Numbered from the stretch's first letter, positions 55,134-64,000 are shown. The stretch is 64,000 nt of DNA from Gammaproteobacteria bacterium (GCA_965238175.1 CBDEGZ010000003.1:2304001-2368000), one strand, 5' to 3'. The notes: generated from the sequence alone by a model not told the origin. Numbers and translations: made by a program.

Positions 55134-55259
55134 ACATAACGCCTTGCCAAGATGTGCGTAACGCAGTTCCCAAGCTTCTGAAATTCACCTTGTTCACTAA
55201 GCTCACCGCAAACCCAAAATGCTACGCGTTGTGCATCACTCTTAAGCAACTTTTTAGCA
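55134..55259 (-). repeat. long VCR/VXR-like attC site (126 bp), R'' mutated to TGCTAAA
   Basis: AAGAGTGATGCACAACGCGTAGCATTTT...TGCGTTACGCACATCTTGGCAAGGCGTTATGT. Confidence 0.85.
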
Positions 55260-55264
55260 GAATT

Positions 55265-55666
55265 TTACTTCTTATGCTTGTTGTATAAAGAGTCTATCGA
55301 ATAATTAAATAGCTCTTTAATATGTTGTTTGGCTTCTGGAATTGAAACTAAATCAAAGCTTACTGAAACCGAGTTACGGCCAAAGATATTTAAGAAACCT
55401 GGTTTAATAACGATCTCTAAATCTAACAACCCAGCATCCTTTTCTACAGGTATGAATTGATAGCTAGCGAATTTGCTATTGTAGTCACCTAACACAAAGA
55501 GTAAACCGCCGCCTTCATCAAGTTCTTCGAACAGCTCAAGTTCTTTAACCCAAGGATAATTATCAATTATTTCACAAGCTTCACGATGAAGATTGATATC
55601 CCGCTGATGATCAACAAGTTCAGTTCCACCTTCCCGATGTTGATAATGTGCTTTAATTAGATTCAC
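55265..55666 (-). CDS. cassette hypothetical protein (133 aa)
   Basis: Begins after GTTAGCAGAAT with GAGGA RBS; ends before the complementary ATTCTGCTAAA. Confidence 0.75.
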   Translation of the reverse strand: MNLIKAHYQHREGGTELVDHQRDINLHREACEIIDNYPWVKELELFEELDEGGGLLFVLGDYNSKFASYQFIPVEKDAGLLDLEIVIKPGFLNIFGRNSVSVSFDLVSIPEAKQHIKELFNYSIDSLYNKHKK

Positions 55667-55682
55667 TAAACTTTCCTCATTC

Positions 55683-55752
55683 TGCTAACGTCTGCCACAA
55701 CGAGTAACTGGAACGCAGCGTAAGTTAATCCAATTGCTGGCGCTTGTTATGT
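55683..55752 (-). repeat. attC site (70 bp)
   Basis: Minus strand ACATAACAAGCGCCAGCAATTGGATTAACTTACGCTGCGTTCCAGTTACTCGTTGTGGCAGACGTTAGCA. Confidence 0.88.
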
Positions 55753-55785
55753 GTACTATCCGACTTCATAGTCCTCTCAATGCTA

Positions 55786-55914
55786 TCAATTTATCAGTTC
55801 TGACGCTGGTATATAATCCCTGCAAATTTCTCGGTACCTACTATTCTTGTTCTGAATAGAAATTTCATATGAATACCAATCCTCTGGATTTTTTGTAATG
55901 GAGTCATAAGAAAC
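55786..55914 (-). pseudogene. 3' fragment of a deleted cassette gene
   Basis: VSYDSITKNPEDWYSYEISIQNKNSRYREICRDYIPASELIN* fused directly behind a lone R'' box (55917-55923). Confidence 0.45.
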
Positions 55915-55926
55915 TTGTTATGTGTT

Positions 55927-56223
55927 TTACTCATAGAATTTTCCAGCATGTAATATATGGGCTGCTCTTTTCCATGGGTTTGTAGGTTTCTCATAAAACT
56001 CAAGTCCACTAACTGAAGCCTGGCCCCACGCCAACGCTGCATCAAGATATGATACAATATCACCATTTTCCCAGCCATTAACTCCTGGGCTGTAAGGCGA
56101 ACTGGGATTTACTTTTTCTTTTTTTTCTTCATCGTTACGATCTTCCATTAGTGCTTCTACAAAATTCAGGAAGTCTTGCTCTGTTTCTACGTTATCAGCT
56201 AGTTGGTATAGATCTTTATTCAT
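55927..56223 (-). CDS. cassette protein with WEN...PW..AAxILxAGKxYE motif (DUF7660-like, putative immunity protein)
   Basis: GWENGDIVSYLDAALAW...NPWKRAAHILHAGKFYE; AGGA RBS. Confidence 0.75.
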   Translation of the reverse strand: MNKDLYQLADNVETEQDFLNFVEALMEDRNDEEKKEKVNPSSPYSPGVNGWENGDIVSYLDAALAWGQASVSGLEFYEKPTNPWKRAAHILHAGKFYE

Positions 56224-56239
56224 GTTTTCCTACGTAGAT

Positions 56240-56296
56240 ACATAATGCCGCAATTAATAGCAAGCGTAGCGCATCCATTACATTATTTTGTTATAT
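56240..56296 (-). repeat. attC site (57 bp), R' mutated to ATTATGT
   Basis: Minus strand ATATAAC...GCGCTACGC...ATTATGT after the stop of 56307-56825. Confidence 0.72.
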
Positions 56297-56306
56297 TTTC
56301 ACTTAA

Positions 56307-56825
56307 TTAATAATTGATAAAAACAAGATCCTTATTTCTATCAGAAGTTATTTTGAAAATATAACTTATTTCATCTATATAATTAGTTTCTGCTGCATAA
56401 TCAGGAGCGTTTTTTAGAAAAAAATCTTTAGCTTCTTCTAATTGATTAAATTTAATACTATAAATATCAGGCCAATCATTTGAAGCGGGGATTGGGATGA
56501 ATGCTTTAAAATTCCCATCCGTTACTTCTGATAAGTATGATAAAAACTCTTCTCGTTCGATCTGCTCTCCAAAATCCCTACACATCATTTCATAGATATA
56601 ACCATAAATATAATGATGTGTTTCATCTCTTGTTATCGCGCCATTAATGATATCAGCTAGACAATCGCGATACACTTGGGGTTCTATTTCAAACCAATTT
56701 GCTCCTTCCTCAATATCACCCTTATGCTTAGCCATAAAATCATCTAAAAACTCTGTATTTTTACTTCCCCAAAGTTCTGCTATTTTTGAGGCATCTACTT
56801 GAAAAGCCATAGTGTTATAACTCAT
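56307..56825 (-). CDS. cassette acidic protein (172 aa; DUF7691-like, putative immunity protein)
   Basis: MSYNTMAFQVD...GSK...YGYIYEMMCRDFG...PIPASNDWP...KDLVFINY. Confidence 0.72.
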   Translation of the reverse strand: MSYNTMAFQVDASKIAELWGSKNTEFLDDFMAKHKGDIEEGANWFEIEPQVYRDCLADIINGAITRDETHHYIYGYIYEMMCRDFGEQIEREEFLSYLSEVTDGNFKAFIPIPASNDWPDIYSIKFNQLEEAKDFFLKNAPDYAAETNYIDEISYIFKITSDRNKDLVFINY

Positions 56826-56865
56826 AAATCTTTCTCAACCTCATTATTTATTCAATGCGACTAAA

Positions 56866-56936
56866 ACATAATGCTGCGCTTTGTGGCTGTTGTGGAACGC
56901 AGCGAAACAACAATCCGAAACAGCACTTTGTTAGCA
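56866..56936 (-). repeat. attC site (71 bp), R' mutated to ATTATGT
   Basis: Minus strand TGCTAACAAAGTGCTGTTTCGGATTGTTGTTTCGCTGCGTTCCACAACAGCCACAAAGCGCAGCATTATGT. Confidence 0.85.
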
Positions 56937-56941
56937 GTGAA

Positions 56942-57346
56942 TTACGGGTAAAGTAACTTCAAGTTACATAAGCCGCCTTCAATTGTTTTAATATACTTTT
57001 CTCTCTTTGGCCATGGCTTAAGTTTGGCAGGTAGCCTACTTAACCAATGACGATTTGGGCCGTAAACCACCTGCCGTTTTTGAGTTAACTGTGTTGATGT
57101 AGGCATGTTCTTTTGACAAACGACATCAAGAAAATGCTCGACCTCTTCAACTGAGGCGAATTCAAGCTCAACTCCCAAAATATCAATAATAAGTCGAGGA
57201 AACCCCTTCGTTGGAATGACGCGAGGGAGAGCTGGTTCATATAGTGTTGCATGCGGCCAAGCGTCACCGTCCAAGTGTTTATGAACCCAGAAACTCAATG
57301 GACTAGGCCTGTACTCCTTAGTAAATTCAATTCTCCATTTCTTCAT
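56942..57346 (-). CDS. cassette hypothetical protein (134 aa from MKKWRIE)
   Basis: Starts just after R' GTTAGTA; the longer track start overlaps the attC. Confidence 0.75.
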   Translation of the reverse strand: MKKWRIEFTKEYRPSPLSFWVHKHLDGDAWPHATLYEPALPRVIPTKGFPRLIIDILGVELEFASVEEVEHFLDVVCQKNMPTSTQLTQKRQVVYGPNRHWLSRLPAKLKPWPKREKYIKTIEGGLCNLKLLYP

Positions 57347-57357
57347 GATGAGTGTAC

Positions 57358-57424
57358 TACTAACGACAGAGATCAAGGATTTCTGAGCGAAGCGAAGAAA
57401 TTCCTCTGCAGCTCATAGTTAGAC
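57358..57424 (-). repeat. attC site (67 bp)
   Basis: Minus strand GTCTAAC...GGAATTTCTTCGCTTCGCTCAGAAATCC...GTTAGTA. Confidence 0.87.
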
Positions 57425-57432
57425 TTTGTTTT

Positions 57433-57777
57433 TTACCAAGGATCTATTTCAAAGTTTCTCATCCAACGCTCATAACCATCGAGCATTTTTTTTGATTCCT
57501 GTGGATCTAAAATACCATTATTTTCAACACTACTTAACTCTCCCCAATATTGTATTGAAGAAAGTAAATACCAAATCATGTCTACTCCGCTATTATAGTC
57601 CTCTTGAGATAGAGACGGAAATTTCTTTTTAACGTGATCTGGGATAGTTTCTTTTGCTGTTATTTCTTCAAATAAATCACTAAGGAATAAGCCTTGTTTT
57701 GATAACCCTAAACCTTGTTTTATTACACCACCTTCATCTGATTTTGATAACCAAGATACTTTAGATATTTTTTCCAT
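57433..57777 (-). CDS. first cassette ORF of array B, hypothetical (114 aa)
   Basis: AGGTGAG RBS; stop 8 nt before the attC. Confidence 0.72.
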   Translation of the reverse strand: MEKISKVSWLSKSDEGGVIKQGLGLSKQGLFLSDLFEEITAKETIPDHVKKKFPSLSQEDYNSGVDMIWYLLSSIQYWGELSSVENNGILDPQESKKMLDGYERWMRNFEIDPW

Positions 57778-58257
57778 TGTCTCACCTGATGTTGAACAAT
57801 GTGCACATAGTGCTGATTTTACATGATAAGAAACATTAGTTAATTTCTTGTCATGTGTCTTTTTTTATGAGTAATCTTGTAATAGGGATAAAAGAGGTTA
57901 TTTACCACTTGGCATTAATATTTCCTTTTTTTATTTTAGTCTATCGCCGCAATAATTGAATAAATCCAAGCTCTGCATATTTATAATGCTCGCCTGTGGA
58001 ATTATCAATGACCCTAAAAACATTAAAAGACAATCAGTTAGATGAAAACACTGTGACTATTTTGTCCAACGGACTTCTTTTAGTGGCTATTAAAGTGGAG
58101 TTGCGTAGCAATAACAGGCTATTGGAAACAACTTCAACGCAAAGAGGCGCTAAAAGAAGTCTGCTGGATGGGTATTTCTTATCCCGAGTCAAGGTTATTT
58201 GATAGGCCAATAAATAAACTGATAACTAAAGCAAGAACGAACTACAATAGTTTCAGG

Positions 58258-58629
58258 TTATAAAACCTTTGGAATGTCTTCAGCTGCACGGGACGCATCC
58301 AATAGTACAAGGCCGAGTTTTGCATCAGGACGAGCGAGAACACATAAGACCGCCTCATTGCCTGCACCAACCATAATCACATAACCGAGACGTCCTTTTA
58401 CGATTACTTGATCAAGCTCACCACGTTTTAATTCTTTAGCTGTTCTCTCGCCAAGCACCAGCATTGCAGCCGCCATCGCACCAACCATTTCCTGTTCAAA
58501 ACTAGTTGGCAAGGCACTAGCAATCATCAACCCATCAATTGAGATCACAGCACAACCTTGAATATCGGTGGTGGAACCGTTTAGTTCGTTTAAGATTGAA
58601 ACAAGCATGTCTTCGCGCATGGAAAACAA
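58258..58629 (-). CDS. roadblock/LC7 (MglB-like) protein
   Basis: DIQGCAVISIDGLMIAS, VGAMAAAML, RGELDQVIVKG, LGLVLLD. Confidence 0.92.
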   Translation of the reverse strand: MFSMREDMLVSILNELNGSTTDIQGCAVISIDGLMIASALPTSFEQEMVGAMAAAMLVLGERTAKELKRGELDQVIVKGRLGYVIMVGAGNEAVLCVLARPDAKLGLVLLDASRAAEDIPKVL

Positions 58630-58759
58630 AACTCCAAATTACTATTCTGCGGACTATAGCGGCCACTTAAAAGAAATCTTCAACATATTGGTTGAAAAAA
58701 AGGACTGTATATTACAGTAGAGTAGACATTTGATCTGCTTTTGATCTGATTTTAGTGGG

Positions 58760-59794
58760 TTACAAGAAGGTACTCTCATTATGTTCAGACTCATCCATCA
58801 CTGGGTCCATTGAGTAGAATAATGATTGAAGTAACATCGACATGTCCTGATGGCTTGCCGGATTAACAGAAAAAATCGGTGCTTGCTGTAATTGCGGCAA
58901 CTCCAGTCGCCGAATATGCTTATGATAGTCTGATATTGCTGGGATTCTATATCGATCAATATGCGTGACACCTATCACGAGTTTTTTAGTATTTTCGAAT
59001 GAGATATTTGAAAAGAATATTTCCAAATCACGGAGTGGATCTTTACGTCGATTATCGATGAGCAAGATGATACCAAGCAGTTTATCTTGTAGTATGTCCA
59101 GTGCTGAATTAAGAGAATATTGTCTGTGAACTGAGTAGAAGCGCAGCTTTTCCGACTCTGAAAATTTTAAATTACTGTATTCCATTAGCATCAGATCACC
59201 ACTATCTTTTGTTGTCTCACTACCACATAAAGTCTTTAATGAAACCGTATTATCACTTGCGGCCGAGCCATAAATAATAATCTTTTGATCTTGATTTTCG
59301 AGATATTGTTTATCCTTTAATGACTGCCAAGATTGAGAAATATTTTCTGATTCAATCCGTTGGCCAGTGAACAAAGCATTTTCTTCAAACGTGGTTTTAA
59401 TCGTTTCCAGATATTTAGTAGTGGTTTGCGCTTCGGTGTATTCTGCAACCATATATCCAGTTCCATTTATGGAAAAACAGCGCATTACTTTTACACCTCT
59501 ATCACTTTGTGGCGGAAGTTTGGCAATTTGTTTAACTTCATCTAAGAACTTACTTAGGTTAATGACATATTGATCAGCTTTGTGTGGCTCTCTGACAGAT
59601 ACAGAAAAATCCGTTTCTCTCATTGCTAAGACATCAGGGAAAAATTCTTTAATGATCACTTGCCGTTCGATATTCAAATCCAGAGCCAGGTAAAAATATG
59701 AGTTACCTGAATAAGCAAGAAATTTCTCAATTTGGTATTCACTAAGCAAATATCCGACAGGTAACGAATTTATATCTTCTTGATCAGTCATCAA
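58760..59794 (-). CDS. fusion of a degenerate Ser/Thr kinase N-lobe and a degenerate MglA-like small GTPase
   Basis: LPVGYLLSEYQIEKFL..YLALD...VIIKEFFP...NGTGYMVAEY; then KIIIYG..., LGIILLIDNRRKDPLRDL, VIGVTHID, PIFSVN; catalytic motifs absent. Confidence 0.75.
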   Translation of the reverse strand: MMTDQEDINSLPVGYLLSEYQIEKFLAYSGNSYFYLALDLNIERQVIIKEFFPDVLAMRETDFSVSVREPHKADQYVINLSKFLDEVKQIAKLPPQSDRGVKVMRCFSINGTGYMVAEYTEAQTTTKYLETIKTTFEENALFTGQRIESENISQSWQSLKDKQYLENQDQKIIIYGSAASDNTVSLKTLCGSETTKDSGDLMLMEYSNLKFSESEKLRFYSVHRQYSLNSALDILQDKLLGIILLIDNRRKDPLRDLEIFFSNISFENTKKLVIGVTHIDRYRIPAISDYHKHIRRLELPQLQQAPIFSVNPASHQDMSMLLQSLFYSMDPVMDESEHNESTFL

Positions 59795-60935
59795 GATTTT
59801 GTCCTTTTAAATGTTTCAGTATCCGTAAATAAAACTCTCTTTGATTTTTTTCTGATTTTATAAAAGGTTTCTCACCCGATTGTATTTGTGTCGGTTTAAC
59901 CGCTTCCGTGTCTTGTCGCACCAATCCTAACGTTGATGCGGCGGTATAAAAATTAAAGACATCTTTCTGTGGAATATTTAAAACATCAATGGTCTCCATC
60001 AACGTCATCGGACAAGATACCCATAAGGCTGCAATGCGCATTACATTTGGGATAGGAGATAAACGCGGTAGATCTGGCCATGAGGTTAAAATAATTTTCT
60101 TATCAATATCGGTACCTGCAGGAACAGAACCTTCATAGGTCCAAAGTGCCAGATCCCATAGAAAAGAATCTATGTCGACAGGTTTCAGCCGTGTTTCTTG
60201 CCACTCGTCCAAATATTTTGAAAACTCTCTTTCTGTAAATACACGTTTCACTACATCAGATTCGTTCAAAAAATGTTTACAAATGTCTTGCAAACCTGCA
60301 GGAGTGAAATCGGTATTGATCCAATGTTCAGCAGGATCTATAAAAATACTTCCTTGATTTGTAAACTGTAATCTTATTCCTCGTCCCTCTGAATTTGCCT
60401 CGACCACGGCTCGTTTCACTTCGTCTATAAGATAACCCTGTTCAGAAAAAAATCTGACAACTTGACCTTGCTCTTCTATAGGCTGAGAAGGTTCAACCTT
60501 CTTTGTTTTCGGTGGTTCCGTTTTGGGGTACTTAATATGTGTCGAAAGAAATTGGTTCCAGGATGATTGTCTTTTTTGATCAACCCCATGTTTTTTCCGT
60601 GCAATACTTAGCGTAAGAACCAGATCATCAATAGAAATTGGTTTTTTCAGATAAAAATGCGCTGGGCTTCGGCTTCGGCTTCGGCTTCGTTGGGTTTCAT
60701 TAACTGAGAGAAAAATAGCTCTTTGATCAGGCTTGCCTTGTAACAAGGCATTCCATTCGTCTTCTGCACCATAATTATCTAGATCAACAACTGATAATGA
60801 TGCCTGGTCAAAATTTGCAATAGCATAATATCCAGGAGGTTCTTTAGCTAAAACCATTTCAATCGCATTACGATTTCGCTGATCTATTCCAATCAAATTG
60901 ATCAATATGGTCTCATTATCACCTGATGATGCCAT
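59784..60935 (-). CDS. receiver-like / winged-helix hypothetical protein of roadblock-GTPase operons
   Basis: Receiver-like N-terminus (VVDLD...YLKKPIS); FLWDLALWT..G..P, LTSWPDLPRL, RIAALW, VFNFYTAASTLGL. Confidence 0.7.
   Translation of the reverse strand: MASSGDNETILINLIGIDQRNRNAIEMVLAKEPPGYYAIANFDQASLSVVDLDNYGAEDEWNALLQGKPDQRAIFLSVNETQRSRSRSRSPAHFYLKKPISIDDLVLTLSIARKKHGVDQKRQSSWNQFLSTHIKYPKTEPPKTKKVEPSQPIEEQGQVVRFFSEQGYLIDEVKRAVVEANSEGRGIRLQFTNQGSIFIDPAEHWINTDFTPAGLQDICKHFLNESDVVKRVFTEREFSKYLDEWQETRLKPVDIDSFLWDLALWTYEGSVPAGTDIDKKIILTSWPDLPRLSPIPNVMRIAALWVSCPMTLMETIDVLNIPQKDVFNFYTAASTLGLVRQDTEAVKPTQIQSGEKPFIKSEKNQREFYLRILKHLKGQNLDD
60665..60688. repeat. (GGCTTC)x4 in-frame tandem repeat encoding RSRSRSRS
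   Basis: Seen directly. Confidence 0.85.
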
Positions 60936-61196
60936 ACAGTAAGATCCTTAAAAGCTATGTTTTTATTAGTACGTTATAGTATATTTATTATAATTCTCTA
61001 TAAGTAGTTGTTGCATATGATTGTAACACAAGGTCTTTCTATTGAAAGCCTTTTTCACCTAAGATTAAACCTTGAACAATATTTTTCATTTCAATTCTAA
61101 CTCATACAACGATAAACTTTTTAGCGATTACGAATGTTTAGAGGTAGAATCCCCGGTTTAGTTCTTGCTTATGTTTCACCTATGACACAATCACTC

Positions 61197-64000
61197 ATGA
61201 TACGCGAAAATCGCCTCACTTCATTAAACCAATCACTTAAAGAAAGAATCTTAATTTTGGACGGTGCCATGGGCACCATGATCCAATCTTATAAGTTAGA
61301 AGAAGATGATTATCGTGGTGAACGATTTGCAAATCATCCTTGCGATCTAAAAGGTAATAATGATCTCTTATCACTTACCCGCCCCGAAATTATCAAGGCT
61401 ATTCACAATGCTTACTATGAAGCAGGCGCGGATATCGTCGAAACAAACACCTTTAATTCAACCTCCATTGCAATGGCAGATTATCAGCAAGAAGATCTGG
61501 TTTATGAATTGAACAAAACCGGTGCTGCGCTTGCGCGCGCGGTTGCAGATGGTTTAACCGAAAAGCAACCCTCGAAACCTCGCTATGTCGCCGGTGTACT
61601 TGGCCCAACAAATCGCACTTGTTCCATCTCGCCTGATGTAAATAATCCCGGTTATCGTAACGTTAAATATATGGAATTGGTTGAGGCATATACCGAAGCG
61701 ATTAAAGGTCTCGTCGATGGTGGCGCCGATATTTTGATGGTCGAAACAATCTTCGACACGCTAAATGCTAAAGCGGCTTTATTTGCGATTGATCAATTTT
61801 TTGATGACCACAATGTCAAATTACCGATCATGATCTCGGGAACTATCACCGATGCATCAGGGCGTACATTAACCGGTCAAACTACTGAGGCTTTTTATAA
61901 CTCACTACGACATTCAAAACCTCTTTCTATGGGCTTAAATTGTGCTCTAGGACCACAAGATCTTCGTCAATATGTTGAAGAACTTTCTACCGTTTCTGAA
62001 TCGTTGATCAGTGCCCACCCAAATGCTGGTCTTCCAAATGAATTTGGTGAATATGATCTGGAAGCCGATAGCATGGCCGACCATATTCGCGAATGGGCTG
62101 AATCTGGTTTATTAAATATTGTTGGTGGTTGTTGTGGAACATCCCCTGCACATATTAAAGCGATGGCGGATGCCGTTGAGGGACTGCCTCCAAGAGTTAT
62201 TCCAGATATTAAAGTCCATCAACGCTTAAGTGGACTAGAACCGTTTAACATCACACCGGAAGTTAATTTCGTTAATGTTGGTGAACGAACTAACGTTGCC
62301 GGTTCTCCCCTCTTCTTACGTCTGGTTAAAGAAGAAGAAAACCTGGATGCGGCGCTTGAAGTGGCACGCCAACAAGTCGAAAACGGCGCACAGATTATTG
62401 ATGTCTGCATGGATGAAGGCATGCTCGAATCCGAGCAGTTAATGGAAGAGTTTTTGAACCTGATCGCGTCTGAACCTGATATCAGTCGTGTACCCGTCAT
62501 GATCGATTCTTCTAAATGGTCGGTTATTGAATCAGGTTTGCGCTGTGTTCAAGGCAAATGTGTAGTCAACTCCATCAGCCTTAAAGAAGGCGAAGAGAAG
62601 TTTATTCAACACGCTAAATTAGTTCGTCGTTATGGTGCCGCTGTCGTTGTGATGGCCTTTGATGAAACAGGTCAGGCAGATACTACCGAGCGTCGTTTTG
62701 ATCTATGTAAACGCTCGTATGATATTTTGGTTAATCACGTTGGATTTCCTCCCGAAGATATTATTTTTGATCCCAATGTTCTCACGGTCGCAACTGGAAT
62801 GGCGGAACATAATAATTACGCAGTTTCGTTTTTTGAAGCGACGCGTTTAATTAAAGAACATTTACCGCATGCATTAATCAGCGGTGGTCTTAGTAATGTT
62901 TCATTCTCTTTTCGTGGCAACAATCCCGTACGTGAAGCGATGCACTCGGCATTTCTATATCACGGTATCCAAGCTGGTCTCGACATGGCAATTGTTAATG
63001 CTGGCCAATTAGGAATTTATGACGAGATCCCTAAAGATCTACTTACCTATATTGAAGATGTCTTGCTTAACCGTAGAGAAGATTCCACCGATCGAATGGT
63101 TGAATTTGCTGAGTCGGTTAAGGCTGGCCCCGGTAAAGAAAAAGTTGTTGATCACCAATGGCGAAAAGGATCCGTACAAGAACGGCTTACACATGCGCTA
63201 GTCAAAGGCATTGCCGAGTTTATAGAAGAAGATACGGAAGAAGCTCGCCAACAAGCTGAGAAACCATTACACGTAATCGAAGGGCCTCTAATGATCGGTA
63301 TGAACGTAGTTGGTGATTTGTTTGGTGCCGGCAAAATGTTCCTGCCACAAGTCGTGAAAAGTGCGCGCGTGATGAAAAAAGCTGTCGCCTATCTACTGCC
63401 TTATATAGAAGAAGAAAAAGGTGACGAAGTGATCAAAAGTAACGGCAAGATAATCATGGCAACTGTTAAAGGCGATGTACATGATATAGGTAAGAACATT
63501 GTGGGTGTTGTATTGCAATGTAATAACTTTGAAGTGGTTGATCTGGGTGTCATGGTTCCGGCCCAAGTGATTCTCGACAAAGCGAAAGAACTTAATGCCG
63601 ACATTATTGGCTTGAGTGGATTGATCACGCCTTCCTTAGATGAAATGGTTCACGTCGCTAAGGAAATGCAGCGTCAGGAATTTGCGCTACCATTAATGAT
63701 CGGTGGTGCAACCACTTCACGTGCGCATACTGCTGTGAAGATTGATCTCGGCTATGAACATCCTGTCGTCCATGTCAAAGATGCTTCCCGTGCAGTAGGC
63801 ATCTCAACACGCCTGCTTAATGTGGATTTAAAAACAGAACTCAGCAAAGAAATCACAGAAGAATATGACAAGGTTCGCGAACGTCACAAAGGTAAACAAG
63901 CCAAAACCAAATGGCTAACTCTAGAACAAGCGAGAGACAACCGTGTCAACATAGATTGGTCAAATTACACACCGCCTGTTCCAAAAAAATTGGGTACTCA
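61197..64000 (+). CDS. metH: B12-dependent methionine synthase (truncated by window edge; alternative ATG at 61182)
   Basis: [52 protein letters not shown]; missing from the ORF track because it has no stop in the window. Confidence 0.96.
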   Translation, partial: MIRENRLTSLNQSLKERILILDGAMGTMIQSYKLEEDDYRGERFANHPCDLKGNNDLLSLTRPEIIKAIHNAYYEAGADIVETNTFNSTSIAMADYQQEDLVYELNKTGAALARAVADGLTEKQPSKPRYVAGVLGPTNRTCSISPDVNNPGYRNVKYMELVEAYTEAIKGLVDGGADILMVETIFDTLNAKAALFAIDQFFDDHNVKLPIMISGTITDASGRTLTGQTTEAFYNSLRHSKPLSMGLNCALGPQDLRQYVEELSTVSESLISAHPNAGLPNEFGEYDLEADSMADHIREWAESGLLNIVGGCCGTSPAHIKAMADAVEGLPPRVIPDIKVHQRLSGLEPFNITPEVNFVNVGERTNVAGSPLFLRLVKEEENLDAALEVARQQVENGAQIIDVCMDEGMLESEQLMEEFLNLIASEPDISRVPVMIDSSKWSVIESGLRCVQGKCVVNSISLKEGEEKFIQHAKLVRRYGAAVVVMAFDETGQADTTERRFDLCKRSYDILVNHVGFPPEDIIFDPNVLTVATGMAEHNNYAVSFFEATRLIKEHLPHALISGGLSNVSFSFRGNNPVREAMHSAFLYHGIQAGLDMAIVNAGQLGIYDEIPKDLLTYIEDVLLNRREDSTDRMVEFAESVKAGPGKEKVVDHQWRKGSVQERLTHALVKGIAEFIEEDTEEARQQAEKPLHVIEGPLMIGMNVVGDLFGAGKMFLPQVVKSARVMKKAVAYLLPYIEEEKGDEVIKSNGKIIMATVKGDVHDIGKNIVGVVLQCNNFEVVDLGVMVPAQVILDKAKELNADIIGLSGLITPSLDEMVHVAKEMQRQEFALPLMIGGATTSRAHTAVKIDLGYEHPVVHVKDASRAVGISTRLLNVDLKTELSKEITEEYDKVRERHKGKQAKTKWLTLEQARDNRVNIDWSNYTPPVPKKLGT

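Larger units (their letters stand above)
54458..57800 (-). mobile_element. integron-type gene cassette array B (no integrase in window)
   Basis: Six co-oriented intact ORFs plus two fragments, separated by attC hairpins; each cassette's start box is complementary or nearly so to its end box (except the first cassette). Confidence 0.9.

Noticed and set aside
51300-57800. CRISPR array or REP/BIME interpretation of the recurrent hairpins
   Set aside because: The repeats differ in sequence and length and are separated by whole ORFs; no cas genes; the boxes fit attC rules
58110-58200. Possible extra attC (CAATAAC...GTTATTT)
   Set aside because: Internal complementarity is weak and there is no convincing associated cassette ORF
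57800-58257. Integron integrase/attI upstream of array B; ORF 57996-58202
   Set aside because: No tyrosine-recombinase motifs seen, the region is too short and AT-rich, and the first cassette lacks a canonical matching GTTAGAC box
60936-61196. Cobalamin/SAM/SAH riboswitch upstream of metH
   Set aside because: AT-rich with no recognisable conserved riboswitch boxes
62219-63628. Short track ORFs in this interval, and similar antisense or alternate-frame ORFs inside nqr, hrpA, glmM, ftsH, carAB, cysS and rbgA
   Set aside because: Shadow ORFs of long conserved genes (here metH)

Overview
AT-rich chromosomal segment of a probably marine gammaproteobacterium (inferred from the Na+-NQR and the gene orders). 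The housekeeping backbone is nqrC'DEF-nqrM, hrpA, grxD, carAB-greA-rlmE-ftsH-glmM, tRNA Pro/Arg/His, cysS-ppiAB-lpxH, ilvD, pgpA, dapC-dapD, dnaQ-rnhA-mltD, aas, rbgA and a partial metH. The most notable accessory feature is two convergent integron-type gene-cassette arrays (51.3-52.8 kb on +, 54.5-57.8 kb on -). They carry at least 7 near-complete attC sites of 57-126 bp and have no integrase in the window (CALIN-like). Their cargo is small immunity- or defence-like ORFs, several attC cores are mutated, and the arrays flank rbgA and an IS110/IS1111 remnant. Other notable items are an arsenosugar-type cluster (arsS, ArsM-like methyltransferase, two glycosyltransferases, a desaturase), a His-rich RAPP-motif leader ORF ahead of a ZnuD-like TonB receptor, a roadblock operon whose GTPase gene is an intact pseudokinase-pseudoGTPase fusion, a membrane PP2C-FGE fusion, and an rlmE that apparently needs an ACG start. 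Unannotated remnants include DASS-transporter and SelW-family pseudogenes, an IS982 fragment and a MITE-like inverted repeat. Family assignments come from motif recognition by eye; no database searches were run.
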